DNA of 64,000 bases from Candidatus Heimdallarchaeum aukensis (GTDB lineage Archaea; Asgardarchaeota; Heimdallarchaeia; Heimdallarchaeales; Heimdallarchaeaceae): NCBI GenBank assembly GCA_021513695.1, contig CP084166.1:2656001-2720000 (forward strand). The letters run 5' to 3'. The notes beneath the pieces are model-generated. The model saw nothing but the letters and a program-made list of their open reading frames with translations. It searched no databases and was not told the DNA's origin. A program made the position numbers and the translations under genes. Every line of letters begins with the position of its first letter. Position 1 is the first letter of the stretch. Shown here piece after piece: positions 1 through 10,801 of the stretch.

Positions 1-2
1 TG

Positions 3-242
3 ACTGGCTGTCACTTTGGTGATTGTCACTATAAGACTGGTAATTACAAAGCATATAGACGTCTTTCGCTAGTCGCAAAGTTGTTAAAACAAGTTGGGGT
101 AAATCCTAAGAGATTTAGATTGACTTGGATATCAGCTACAGAAGCAGCAAAATTCGTAGAAGTGACTACAGAGATGGTAAATGATCTGAAAAAACTTCCT
201 CCTTACTGGAGAAATGGAAATGGAGGTAATACCAATGAATAA
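3..242 (+). CDS. mvhD: MvhD-like hydrogenase delta subunit, C-terminal fragment (5' end lies outside the window)
   Basis: Frame 3 is open from the window edge and reads TGCHFGDCHYKTGNYKAYRRLSLVAKLLKQVGVNPKRFRLTWISATEAAKFVEV... The GCHxGDCHY..GN and RxxLxWxSAxE pattern is the conserved core of the methyl-viologen-reducing hydrogenase delta subunit. The stop TAA at 240-242 overlaps the next gene's ATG at 235. It is absent from the ORF track because no start codon lies in the window. Confidence 0.7.
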   Translation, partial: TGCHFGDCHYKTGNYKAYRRLSLVAKLLKQVGVNPKRFRLTWISATEAAKFVEVTTEMVNDLKKLPPYWRNGNGGNTNE

Positions 243-1233
243 ATTAAAGGTTGCAGTGGCTCTTGGCGCAACTTGTGCAGGTTGTGACGTGGCTATCTTA
301 GATTTGAATGAAAAAATACTAGATGTTATAGAGATAGTAGATTTTGTTTTCTGGCCAACAGCTATGGATTTCAAGCTTGAAGATCTAAAGGCATTAAAAG
401 ATGGTGAAGTAGACGTAGGTTTATACCATGGAGCTATAGGTACAGAAGAAGATGAAGAAATAGCAAAAATATTAAGAAAGAAGTCGAAAGTAGTAGTGGC
501 CTTTGGAGCTTGTGCTAATTTTGGTGGGATACCAAGTCTAACAAATATGCCTTATGAATCAAAAATATTCGATGTGGTTTATAAGGAAAGTCCATCTACT
601 TCAAATCCTGAAGGAACTGTACCTCTAAAAGAAACAGAGGTAGAAGGAACAAAGTTGACTTTACCTGGAATTAGAAAAAGAGCAGATTCTTTGAATAGTG
701 TTATCGATGTAGATTATTACGTTCCAGGCTGTCCTCCTATGGTTCCTTTGATAGAACAAGTGGTAGACATTTTGAGAGTTTTTGTTGAAAAAGGAACTTT
801 ACCTCCTAAAGGAGCTGTTATCGCTGGGCAAGATACACTATGTAAGGAATGCGGAAGAACTAAACCAGAAACCATCTCTTACACAGAGTTTCTCTCTCCA
901 CAAGAAGTGAAAGAGATTGACCCTGACCTTTGTCTTCTATCACAAGGAATTTTGTGTTTAGGACCAGCAACACGTTCTGGTTGTGGAGGATTATGCACAA
1001 GCATGAATGTTGGTTGTAGAGGATGTTTAGGACCAACAGATAAAGTTGATGATCATGGTCTAAAAATGATTTCAGCTCTAACATCACTTTTGGACGTAGA
1101 GCATGAAGAAGAGTATACAGAAGAGGAACTAGATAAATTAATAGAAAAAATCCCAGACCCATTAGGAACATTTTATCGATTTACTTATGGAGTCTCCATG
1201 ATCTCTAAATTACATCCTGATATGGAGGAATAA
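235..1233 (+). CDS. mvhG: [NiFe] hydrogenase small subunit, F420-non-reducing (Mvh/group 3c-like) type
   Basis: The N-terminus reads MNKLKVAVALGATCAGCDVAILD, followed by further Cys clusters (VPGCPP, CKECG, CLGPATRSGCGGLC, GCRGCLGP). It sits between mvhD and the large subunit. GGAGG lies 7 nt upstream of ATG 235, so 235 is preferred over the track start at 214. Confidence 0.8.
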   Translation: MNKLKVAVALGATCAGCDVAILDLNEKILDVIEIVDFVFWPTAMDFKLEDLKALKDGEVDVGLYHGAIGTEEDEEIAKILRKKSKVVVAFGACANFGGIPSLTNMPYESKIFDVVYKESPSTSNPEGTVPLKETEVEGTKLTLPGIRKRADSLNSVIDVDYYVPGCPPMVPLIEQVVDILRVFVEKGTLPPKGAVIAGQDTLCKECGRTKPETISYTEFLSPQEVKEIDPDLCLLSQGILCLGPATRSGCGGLCTSMNVGCRGCLGPTDKVDDHGLKMISALTSLLDVEHEEEYTEEELDKLIEKIPDPLGTFYRFTYGVSMISKLHPDMEE

Positions 1234-1235
1234 AA

Positions 1236-2723
1236 ATGAATCAAAAATTAAATCCAAATATCGTGACTATTGAGCCAGTCACAAGATTAGAAGGATTAGC
1301 AAAAATAACAGTACTTCTTAATGATGAAGGAAATGTAAAAGATGCTTTTTATCAAGTAGTAGAACTCAGAGGTTTTGAGCGTTTTGTTCAAGGAAGACCA
1401 ATTGAGGAAGTATTGAGAATCACACCAAGAATATGTGGTGTATGCCCCATACCTCATCATCTTGCACCAGCAAAAGCAGCAGATAGGGTATATGGGGTCG
1501 ACCCTCCTAAAACTGCAAAATTATTAAGAGAAATGCTAGCTTTGGGACATATTGTTCATAGCCATATTTTGCATTTCTATGCTTTTGCTCTTCCTGATTT
1601 TGTACTAGGAGAAAAGAAAGAACCAGGAACGCATAACATAATTGGTATAGCAAAAGCATTTCCTGATGTGGCGAAAGCTGCCATTAAAGCAAGAGGAGAT
1701 GCCCAAAAAATACAAGCAATGATTGGTGCAAAAGCAACTCATCCTGTTACTGTAATTCCAGGAGGAATAAGTAAAGGAGTAACGAAGGAAGATACAGAAA
1801 AGATATTAGAAATGAGCAAGAATATCGTTGAATTCGGTAAACTGGGTCTTAAGGTCTTTGAAGATTTAGTAGTTAAAAATAAAGATCAAATGGATCTTAT
1901 AAACAGTGACGCCTATCAGATGGATACCTATTATATGTCAATTGTAGGCCCCGATAATACGCTCGATTTCTATAATAGTCAAACAGTTAGAGTAATTGAC
2001 AGTAAAGGAAAAGAATTTGCAAAATTTGAAGCAGAAGATTATTTAGACCATTTAGATGAACATGTTGAACCATGGACATATCTCAAGTTCCCCTATTTGA
2101 AAAAGGTAGGTTGGAAGGGACTTGTTGATGGACCGGATAGTGGTATGTATAGAGTAAATGCTTTAGCACGATTGAACGTTATAGATAAGATAACAACACC
2201 TCTCGCCCAAGAAGCAATGGAAATTATGTATGAAGGTCTAGGTGGAAAACCTGCTCATCACACTTTAGGTTTTAACTGGGCTAGGTTAGTGGAAATACTA
2301 TACAGCGGTGAGAGAATGGTTGAACTAGCTGAAGATCCTGACTTTTATGGTACAAAGTTCAGAGAACAGCTAACCAAGGATATGATTACAGGTGAAGGGG
2401 TGGGAGCCATAGAAGCACCAAGAGGAACTTTATATCATCACTATAAGACTGATAAAGAAGGAAAAGTAACCAAAGCTAATATCATAGTAGCAACCACCAA
2501 CAATAATGCTGCGATTTGTTTAAGTGTGAAAAAAGCCGCTCAAGAAATGATTAAAAACGGTCAGTATAATGAGGATGGCTTAAATAAAATAGAGATGGCT
2601 TTTAGAGCTTATGACCCTTGTTTAGCATGTGCTACCCACGCCATGGTTGGACAAATGCCACTGAAAGTAGAAATATATGATTCTAAGAAAAATAAGATTA
2701 GAGAGTTGACACGTAAACTATGA
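1236..2723 (+). CDS. mvhA: [NiFe] hydrogenase large subunit (Mvh/group 3-like)
   Basis: The N-terminal Ni-ligand motif RICGVCPIPHH and the C-terminal DPCLACATH (DPCxxCxxH) are both present. The start lies 3 nt after the small-subunit stop. Confidence 0.9.
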   Translation: MNQKLNPNIVTIEPVTRLEGLAKITVLLNDEGNVKDAFYQVVELRGFERFVQGRPIEEVLRITPRICGVCPIPHHLAPAKAADRVYGVDPPKTAKLLREMLALGHIVHSHILHFYAFALPDFVLGEKKEPGTHNIIGIAKAFPDVAKAAIKARGDAQKIQAMIGAKATHPVTVIPGGISKGVTKEDTEKILEMSKNIVEFGKLGLKVFEDLVVKNKDQMDLINSDAYQMDTYYMSIVGPDNTLDFYNSQTVRVIDSKGKEFAKFEAEDYLDHLDEHVEPWTYLKFPYLKKVGWKGLVDGPDSGMYRVNALARLNVIDKITTPLAQEAMEIMYEGLGGKPAHHTLGFNWARLVEILYSGERMVELAEDPDFYGTKFREQLTKDMITGEGVGAIEAPRGTLYHHYKTDKEGKVTKANIIVATTNNNAAICLSVKKAAQEMIKNGQYNEDGLNKIEMAFRAYDPCLACATHAMVGQMPLKVEIYDSKKNKIRELTRKL

Positions 2724-3226
2724 AAATAGCAATTATCGGCCTGGGAAACCCCATTGTTGGGGATGATGCTGTCGGAATAAGAGTCTTAGATTACATAAAA
2801 GAGAATAAGACTCTTCCTTCCTTTGTAGACATAATGGTCGATGTAAGCCTTTCTGGAATAGGTTTAGTTGAACTATTCAGAGGATATGACAAAGTGATAA
2901 TAATTGATTCTATGCAATCTAATCAATTTGAACCAGGTACAGTTCTAAGACTCAACCCTGACCAATTTGTAAGTGCATTACACGTTTCAGATTATCATAA
3001 TATGGACTTTTTTACTGCTTACGAATTCGGTAAAGAGATATATGATGATTTACCACCAAATGAACAAATTGTTATCCTCGGAATTGAGATTAATTATATT
3101 ACTGAATTTAGCGATCAGCTATCTCCAGAAATAAAGTCAAAATTTGATGATATTGTAAATGATGTTTATCAATTTATTAAAAAAGAAATAAATCAAGAGA
3201 AGGAGATTATACGCAATGTCCTTTGA
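2720..3226 (+). CDS. hydrogenase maturation endopeptidase (HycI/HoxW/FrhD family)
   Basis: MKIAIIGLGNPIVGDDAVGIRV is the typical N-terminus of this protease family. At 168 aa it is the expected size. Its ATG overlaps the mvhA stop (ATGA). Confidence 0.8.
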   Translation: MKIAIIGLGNPIVGDDAVGIRVLDYIKENKTLPSFVDIMVDVSLSGIGLVELFRGYDKVIIIDSMQSNQFEPGTVLRLNPDQFVSALHVSDYHNMDFFTAYEFGKEIYDDLPPNEQIVILGIEINYITEFSDQLSPEIKSKFDDIVNDVYQFIKKEINQEKEIIRNVL

Positions 3227-3629
3227 ATATATAAAAATAGGAAAAGAAGAAAAAGAATTCATTAGTAAAATAGAAGATATCAGCGGACAGAATCTATATG
3301 CATGTTATCAATGTGGAAAATGTACCGCTGGATGTTCTTTTAGTAATCAGATGGATCTTACAGTAAACCAAGTTATTCATAGATTACAACTTGGGCAAAA
3401 AGAAAAAGTGCTGAGTGCAAAGAGTCCTTGGGTATGTGCGAGTTGTTTGACTTGTACAGTTAGATGCCCACGAGATATTGACGTAGCTGCAATAATGGAG
3501 TCAGTAAGAGAATACATTCTACGTTATGAACCTGAGAGAATAGAAAGAATGAAAGTTACAGGAGAAAAAGCTAAAAACTTGCCTAACATTGCCCTCGTAG
3601 GTAGTTTTAGGAAGAATACTGAATTATAA
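3216..3629 (+). CDS. hdrC: HdrC-like di-[4Fe-4S] protein
   Basis: It carries two ferredoxin-type motifs, CYQCGKCTAGC and CASCLTCTVRCP. It overlaps the upstream gene by 11 nt and directly precedes an HdrB-like gene. Confidence 0.7.
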   Translation: MSFEYIKIGKEEKEFISKIEDISGQNLYACYQCGKCTAGCSFSNQMDLTVNQVIHRLQLGQKEKVLSAKSPWVCASCLTCTVRCPRDIDVAAIMESVREYILRYEPERIERMKVTGEKAKNLPNIALVGSFRKNTEL

Positions 3630-3641
3630 TAGGTGAATTAA

Positions 3642-4532
3642 ATGAAATATTCATATTTTCCAGGATGTAATCTCAAAACAAATGCAAAGGAATATGAACA
3701 TACAGCTGTTGAAGTTTCTAAAATATTAGATGCTGAACTTGTAGAAATGCCAGTGTTTAATTGCTGTGGGACAGTTCATAGTATGGCTTCAGATAATACT
3801 ATGAGGAGAATCGCCCCTGTACGTATTCTTTCAAGATCAGAAGAGCACCAAAAAGAGTTGGAAGATACAAATAACACAGTTGTAACTCTATGTTCCATGT
3901 GTAGTTCAACACTTAAAGTAGTAAATGAAGAAGTAAAAGAAGATGAAGAAATGCTACAGAAAATAAACTGGCAGCTAGAAAGAGATAACTTAAAATATTC
4001 TGGCCATTCGGAAGTCAAACACTATTTAGAAATACTTAGAGATGAAGTTGGTTTTGAAGAAATTGTTAAAAAGGTTAAAAAACAACTTAAAGGAATGAAA
4101 GTTGCTTCTTATTACGGTTGCATGCTGTTACACCCAGATAAAGCTAAAATTGATGACAGCGAAACACCAACAGTGATGGAAACCCTTACCCTTGCACTCG
4201 GAGCAGAAGTAGTTGATTGGCCTTATTTTAAAACTTGTTGCGGTTCTTACCATGTAGTAGACAAAGAAGATATCGTAAACAATCAAATTCTAAAAATAAC
4301 GGAGGGTGCTAAAAAAAGAGGAGCTAATGCTATAATTACTGCTTGTCCTTTATGTGCCTATAATCTTGATAGTCAGCAAGTATTTTTACAGAAAAAAGGA
4401 ATAATAAAAGAAACTATACCTATCTTCTACTTTACTCAACTTATGGCAATAGCTCTAGGAATAAAATTAGAAAATTTTGAAGATCATCATGTAGATCCTA
4501 AACCTTTACTAAAAAGTCTAGGATTAATTTAA
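3642..4532 (+). CDS. hdrB: HdrB-like protein with two CCG cysteine-rich domains
   Basis: It has two CCG-type domains: FPGC...NCCGT...CSMC and YYGC...TCCGS...CPLC. Confidence 0.75.
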   Translation: MKYSYFPGCNLKTNAKEYEHTAVEVSKILDAELVEMPVFNCCGTVHSMASDNTMRRIAPVRILSRSEEHQKELEDTNNTVVTLCSMCSSTLKVVNEEVKEDEEMLQKINWQLERDNLKYSGHSEVKHYLEILRDEVGFEEIVKKVKKQLKGMKVASYYGCMLLHPDKAKIDDSETPTVMETLTLALGAEVVDWPYFKTCCGSYHVVDKEDIVNNQILKITEGAKKRGANAIITACPLCAYNLDSQQVFLQKKGIIKETIPIFYFTQLMAIALGIKLENFEDHHVDPKPLLKSLGLI

Positions 4533-4549
4533 AAAAAAGAGGAATAAAA

Positions 4550-5272
4550 ATGGCAAAAGCAATATCAATGAGAGAAAAAAAGGAAAAACTTGACACAGTA
4601 ACCATATATATTATGGGTCAAGGATACAAAGTTCCTTCTTCTTTAACCATAATGAAAGCAATGGAATATGCTGGTTTTAAACTTAAAAGAGGAGTCGGTT
4701 GTCGTGCAGGTTTTTGTGGAGCATGTGCAACCGTTTATAGAAAATTAGGTGATTACAAAATATATGCTAACTTAGCATGTCAAACTAAAGTCGAAGATGG
4801 GATGTATCTCACACAATTACCTTTTGTTCCTGCTAATAAAGCAGAATACAATCTTGACGAGATTAAACCTTCAGCTTCAACAATGCTCCGTTTCTATCCA
4901 GAAATAGCAAGATGCTTAAGCTGTAATGCTTGTTCAAGAGTGTGCCCACAAGATATACAAGTAATGGACTATGTTCAATACAGCTTGCAAGGGCAAATAG
5001 AAAAAGCAGCAGAACTAGCTTTTGATTGTATTCAATGCGGTCTTTGCGCAATTCGTTGCCCAGCAGAGATTCCTCAATATCATGTGGCGACATTGGCACG
5101 AAGATTACATGGTAAATATCATATGATTGCTCCTGATACTCTAGAACAAAGAGTAAAGGAAATAGAAGAAGGAAAATACGAAAAAGGATTTGAAGAGTTG
5201 ATGTCTCTATCTGAAGAAGAATTGAAGAAACGATACGTTGCAAGAGACTTTATTGATCAGAAAAAGGCGTGA
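4550..5272 (+). CDS. succinate dehydrogenase/fumarate reductase-type iron-sulfur subunit (SdhB/FrdB/TfrB-N-like)
   Basis: It has a 2Fe-2S-like CRAGFCGACA plus two 4Fe-4S motifs, CLSCNACSRVCP and CIQCGLCAIRCP. It lies immediately upstream of the flavoprotein gene. Confidence 0.65.
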   Translation: MAKAISMREKKEKLDTVTIYIMGQGYKVPSSLTIMKAMEYAGFKLKRGVGCRAGFCGACATVYRKLGDYKIYANLACQTKVEDGMYLTQLPFVPANKAEYNLDEIKPSASTMLRFYPEIARCLSCNACSRVCPQDIQVMDYVQYSLQGQIEKAAELAFDCIQCGLCAIRCPAEIPQYHVATLARRLHGKYHMIAPDTLEQRVKEIEEGKYEKGFEELMSLSEEELKKRYVARDFIDQKKA

Positions 5273-6936
5273 GAAAAATGATTAGAGGATATCCAGAAAG
5301 TATGAGAAAAAGTATTGACAAAGTCAATAAAACAAGAGATAAGAGAATCGACCAAATTATGAAAGATTTGACTCTTGAAGAACGTGAGAAAGTATTAAAG
5401 GAATTTCACCCTGATTATAATCCAGCATATAAAAGAACTATAAGTTGGGGACAAAATAAAGGCGATTATGTTCCTAATGAAGTCGCAGATATACTGGAAT
5501 CATACCCAATCTATGATCCAGATGAGATAGATTTAAGTCAAATAGATTACGATGTTGGAATATTAATTATTGGTGCAGGAGGAGCTGGAACAGCTGCTGC
5601 TTTATGGTCTGTTTATTCTGGAGTGCCAAATGATAAGATCCTTCTAACAACTAAATTAAGGCTGGGAGACTGTAATACAGTTATGGCACAAGGAGGGATA
5701 CAAGCTGCTGATAGACCAGAAGATTCACCTTTAATTCATTATTTAGATGCTATGGGTGGAGGACACTTCAAAAATAAACCAGAGTTAGTAAAAGCACTTG
5801 TTTCAGATGGTCCCAAAATAATCAAATGGCATAAAGAACTAGGTTTAATGTACGATCAGAATGAAGATGGAAGTTTTGTAGAAAATGCTGGAGGAGGAAC
5901 ATCTAGAAACAGAATGCACTGCGCAAAAGATTATACAGGAATGGAAATTTTCAGAAATCTAAAAGATGAAGTTATTAACAATGAGATACCTTTATTGGAA
6001 TTTTCACCTGCAGTAGAATTGCTAAAAGATGAAAATGGAAGAGTAGCTGGTGCATTGTTATATAATCTAGAAACAAAAGAATATTCCGTCGTAAGAGCAA
6101 AAACAACCATTTTAACAACAGGAGGTTTTGGAAGATTACACATCGCAGGATTTGCAACAACAAATCACTATGGGGCAACAGGAGACGGAATAGTTATGGC
6201 TTATAGAGCAGGAGCTAAACTAAGAGATTTAGACTCAACACAGTTCCACCCAACAGGAGCAGCTTTCCCTGAACAAATAGTAGGTCTGTTAATTACTGAA
6301 AAAGTAAGAAGTTTAGGAGCACAAGTTTTAGGAAAGAATGGAGAACAAATCTGCTATCCACTAGAACCAAGAGATGTAGAGGCTGCTTCAATAATAAGAG
6401 TAACAAAAAGTACAGATAATTATGTTGAAACTCCAACAGGAATGAGAGGAGTCTGGTTAGATAGTCCATTAATTGAAGAAATCAGAGGAAAGGGAACAAT
6501 TGATAAGAATCTTGCTGCAATGAAAAGAATGTTTGCAAGGTTTGATATTGACATGACAGAAGATCCCATACTTGTTCATCCAACCCTTCATTATCAGAAT
6601 GGAGGAGTGGAACTCGATGAAAATGGATATACTTCTGTACCAGGTTTACTAGGCGCAGGTGAAATAAGCGGAGGAGTACATGGAAAGAATCGTCTTATGG
6701 GTAACTCTCTGCTTGAGGTCAATGTTTTCGGTAGACGAGCAGGTATAACTGCTGCTAAAGAATATAAACGAGGTAAAAAACCAGGCAAACTTACTTTATC
6801 ACATGTAAAGAAAACTATTGAGCAATTAGATGCTCTAAACATTAAGAAAAAACGCTTTTCACCTATCATTCTTCCAGAATATCGTAGTGAAGCAGTAAGA
6901 GACAGATTAATTCAACTATTTGAATCTAGTCTCTAA
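5269..6936 (+). CDS. succinate dehydrogenase/fumarate reductase-type FAD flavoprotein (SdhA/FrdA/TfrA/NadB family)
   Basis: The motifs IGAGGAGTAAAL, MAQGGIQAA, HCAKDYTGMEI, TTGGFGR..GATGDGIVMAYRAGA..QFHPTG, HYQNGGV and GEISGGVHGKNRLMGNSLLEVNVFGRRAG are colinear with the family. There is a ~95-aa N-terminal extension before the FAD fold. GTG 5269 overlaps the upstream stop, and ATG 5278 is an alternative start. Confidence 0.75.
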   Translation: MRKMIRGYPESMRKSIDKVNKTRDKRIDQIMKDLTLEEREKVLKEFHPDYNPAYKRTISWGQNKGDYVPNEVADILESYPIYDPDEIDLSQIDYDVGILIIGAGGAGTAAALWSVYSGVPNDKILLTTKLRLGDCNTVMAQGGIQAADRPEDSPLIHYLDAMGGGHFKNKPELVKALVSDGPKIIKWHKELGLMYDQNEDGSFVENAGGGTSRNRMHCAKDYTGMEIFRNLKDEVINNEIPLLEFSPAVELLKDENGRVAGALLYNLETKEYSVVRAKTTILTTGGFGRLHIAGFATTNHYGATGDGIVMAYRAGAKLRDLDSTQFHPTGAAFPEQIVGLLITEKVRSLGAQVLGKNGEQICYPLEPRDVEAASIIRVTKSTDNYVETPTGMRGVWLDSPLIEEIRGKGTIDKNLAAMKRMFARFDIDMTEDPILVHPTLHYQNGGVELDENGYTSVPGLLGAGEISGGVHGKNRLMGNSLLEVNVFGRRAGITAAKEYKRGKKPGKLTLSHVKKTIEQLDALNIKKKRFSPIILPEYRSEAVRDRLIQLFESSL

Positions 6937-7642
6937 AGTCTTTAACGACTATTTTCTTTTTTTCCATCTCTTTTTCTAATAATCTTATTGGAAATATTTT
7001 TCCATGTGAAGGATAAAGCCATTTTACACCTTCATCTATTAGTTTTTTCCAACTTTCGTATATCTTTTCCTTTTTATTTGCGACTATAGGAAAATAGCTT
7101 CTTCCTGAAAGCAAAGGAAACTTCATAACTATGTCTCCTACAAAAGCATGTTTTTGTTTAAAAATTAATGAAATTGAACCATCAGTATGACCTAATGTAT
7201 GAATTATCTTAGCATCAAATCCATATTCTTTTAGGGAAAATTCATCACTTACTTTAATATCAACAGAAAAAGGAGCTATCTCACGCTTTGTAGAAGAAAA
7301 AATCTTCTTAAGCAATTTATTAGTTAAAACTGCTTCTGGTGTATCTCCCTTTTCCACTAATTCAGCCTCTATTTTGTGCATTAAGACTTTTGCTCCTGTA
7401 ATCTCTTTTATCTCTTTTACAGAACCAATATGGTCTATATGTGCATGTGTAATGATAATTAGCTTGATATTTTCTGGTTGAATAGAATTTTTTTGTAAAA
7501 AATGAACTATCTTTTTATGACTTTTTGGCATTCCTGTATCAACTAAAATACAATTATTATTCTCTTTTATTAGAAAACTATTGACATAACCCAATTTTAT
7601 TCTATGGATAGAAACCATACTTACCAAAGAAAGTTCTTGCAT
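6926..7642 (-). CDS. MBL-fold metallo-hydrolase
   Basis: It has the HxHxDH motif (THAHIDHIG) and a later HTLGHTDGS. It is 238 aa. Confidence 0.75.
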   Translation of the reverse strand: MQELSLVSMVSIHRIKLGYVNSFLIKENNNCILVDTGMPKSHKKIVHFLQKNSIQPENIKLIIITHAHIDHIGSVKEIKEITGAKVLMHKIEAELVEKGDTPEAVLTNKLLKKIFSSTKREIAPFSVDIKVSDEFSLKEYGFDAKIIHTLGHTDGSISLIFKQKHAFVGDIVMKFPLLSGRSYFPIVANKKEKIYESWKKLIDEGVKWLYPSHGKIFPIRLLEKEMEKKKIVVKDFRD

Positions 7643-7924
7643 AATAATATATCTTTTTCGAGTATTAGGAACATTTACATTTTCTAATTATCGATATCCT
7701 CTACTTTAGAGTTTCTTATTAGACAAAAAACGGTTAAAGATGATTTTAGACTTTTAATTTTCTTTAGTTCTATATATAAAAACCATTTTTATTTTTTATT
7801 TCACGTCTATAATTTTCTAAACTATTAACACTTACCTTATTCTCTAATTTTTTCTCGCTCTAATATGTAATTATTGTTTTTTCCGAGTTAGGTTTATAGT
7901 GTAAGCTTTTTAAGGACACTTTAA

Positions 7925-9310
<1,386 letters not shown>

Positions 9311-9320
9311 ATTCTTTAAT

Positions 9321-9338
9321 TTCTTTTTTCTCTTTTTT
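9321..9338 (+). terminator. oligo-T tract downstream of gdhA (archaeal-type terminator candidate)
   Basis: The sequence ttcttttttctctttttt lies directly after the gdhA stop. Confidence 0.4.
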
Positions 9339-9394
9339 AAAAATATCAAAAATGCTTTTTTATTATAATCAAATTATTATAATCAAAAAGAAGA

Positions 9395-10801
9395 TTAGAT
9401 AAAATCTCCCGTTTCTATTTTCTGTGGGAGGTAGAAGTTTGTAATAAATTGTGGGTCACGTGCATTTAATGCTTGTATTTCTGCTTTATAACCTGTATTT
9501 ATTAGGATTTCAAGTTGTTCTTGCCATTTTGGTTTTCTCTTTACGAACTCTTCTTCAAGCATTAACTTTGATCTTCTTATGTCTTTTTGAGTCATTTTGA
9601 TTAGTGCTTCTCTAGGAATATCAAATCCACTTTCAGGTTTTAGATCACTTGGGAGCAAACCTAACCATTTAATATTTGGCACTGCAAGATGGGTTGATTC
9701 GAAACTAAGAGCTTTACTTCCAACGCTATATACTCTCATGATTTCGAATCCGTAAGGGTCAGCATCCATAATGGCAAGAATAGGTAATTGTAAGTCATCA
9801 TTTATTTTCTTTAGAAACTGTCTTGTTGCCATGTCAGGTTGACCTTTAGCTGTAACTAAAATGCTTGGTACATAATCGTAAAAATGGTCTTCTGCTAACC
9901 TGTTAAAAATAGCATCTTTTTCAATAACTAAACAAAATTCAGCATCACTTTCTAAATCTTCGATGTCATCTATATTTGGTGAAATAGCTTTTCCTGAACC
10001 GATAGCTCTACAATCTATAAGATCACCCTTTTCCTTGAATTGTAACTTTCCTACAACAATACCTTTAGACGATGCACTAACATTTAGTGAAGTCCTCGTA
10101 GCTTGTATCATTGCTCCTAAATCTTCAATAAGAGAGTCTGATACTGCTTGTTTCTTAAACGCATTCACATTCATGTAGAAAATATCTCTTTTTGTACTGT
10201 GAATATCACGTGATAGTATGTCATGAAGAAGTCTCATTAATATTGACATTTGTTCAATCGTGCTTACAGAGGATAAACTCCTAAATTGGCGTTCTATCAT
10301 TTGTCTACCAATAAGTACTAATTCTTGTTCTTCATCAAAACCAATATTTCTCTTTCCTCTTGAAGGAATTTTAAAACTAGCTTCATCAGGTTTGTTAAGT
10401 GCTTCATTCAAAAATAATAATGCTGCTTCAACAATTTTATTTTTAGCTTTTTCCGAAGACATTGTTTCTACATTAGTTACACCATAAGGTAACTCATAAT
10501 CCTGCAATAAAGTAAGTTCGTTTCTAAGTTTCCTTATTTTATCAACTGGAACTTTTCTTTTTATTTCAATTCTCATTAATTCTTTCTTAAGAGGATAATT
10601 ACCTAAGGTTTTACCTTTCTCTAGAGGATACCACTTCTTTCCGCTTCTCAAAAAGAGTACAAAAGATCCTTTTTTAAGTTCAAATTCTTCTTGTAATATT
10701 TGAAATAATTCATTTATCTGAATACTGTTATCAAAACTCATTTTTACTTCAGTTGAAGGCAATATTGTTGCATTTTTTACTAAAAAATTATAGTTTACCA
10801 T
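9395..10801 (-). CDS. top6A: DNA topoisomerase VI subunit A (Spo11 family) with N-terminal extension
   Basis: It has the catalytic-tyrosine motif STKRDIFY (Tyr209 by my count), the Toprim Glu in CLVIEKDAIF, and the Toprim DxD in IMDADPYGFEI. At 468 aa it is about 100 aa longer at the N-terminus than the ~370-390-aa archaeal enzymes. Confidence 0.9.
   Translation of the reverse strand: MVNYNFLVKNATILPSTEVKMSFDNSIQINELFQILQEEFELKKGSFVLFLRSGKKWYPLEKGKTLGNYPLKKELMRIEIKRKVPVDKIRKLRNELTLLQDYELPYGVTNVETMSSEKAKNKIVEAALLFLNEALNKPDEASFKIPSRGKRNIGFDEEQELVLIGRQMIERQFRSLSSVSTIEQMSILMRLLHDILSRDIHSTKRDIFYMNVNAFKKQAVSDSLIEDLGAMIQATRTSLNVSASSKGIVVGKLQFKEKGDLIDCRAIGSGKAISPNIDDIEDLESDAEFCLVIEKDAIFNRLAEDHFYDYVPSILVTAKGQPDMATRQFLKKINDDLQLPILAIMDADPYGFEIMRVYSVGSKALSFESTHLAVPNIKWLGLLPSDLKPESGFDIPREALIKMTQKDIRRSKLMLEEEFVKRKPKWQEQLEILINTGYKAEIQALNARDPQFITNFYLPQKIETGDFI

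Noticed and set aside
214-234. The track start of mvhG (MEMEVIP...) lies at 214.
   Set aside because: ATG 235 is preceded by GGAGG at optimal spacing and gives the family-typical N-terminus MNKLKVAV. Position 214 lies inside the mvhD coding region.
132-374. An 80-aa minus-strand ORF overlaps the mvhD/mvhG junction.
   Set aside because: It is antisense to two well-supported hydrogenase genes, has low-complexity composition and shows no motif.
860-6869. Antisense ORFs lie within the hydrogenase/Hdr/Frd cluster (860-1171, 3776-4018, 4863-5243, 5931-6143, 5975-6178, 6594-6869).
   Set aside because: Each lies wholly inside a motif-supported plus-strand gene and has no recognisable features of its own.
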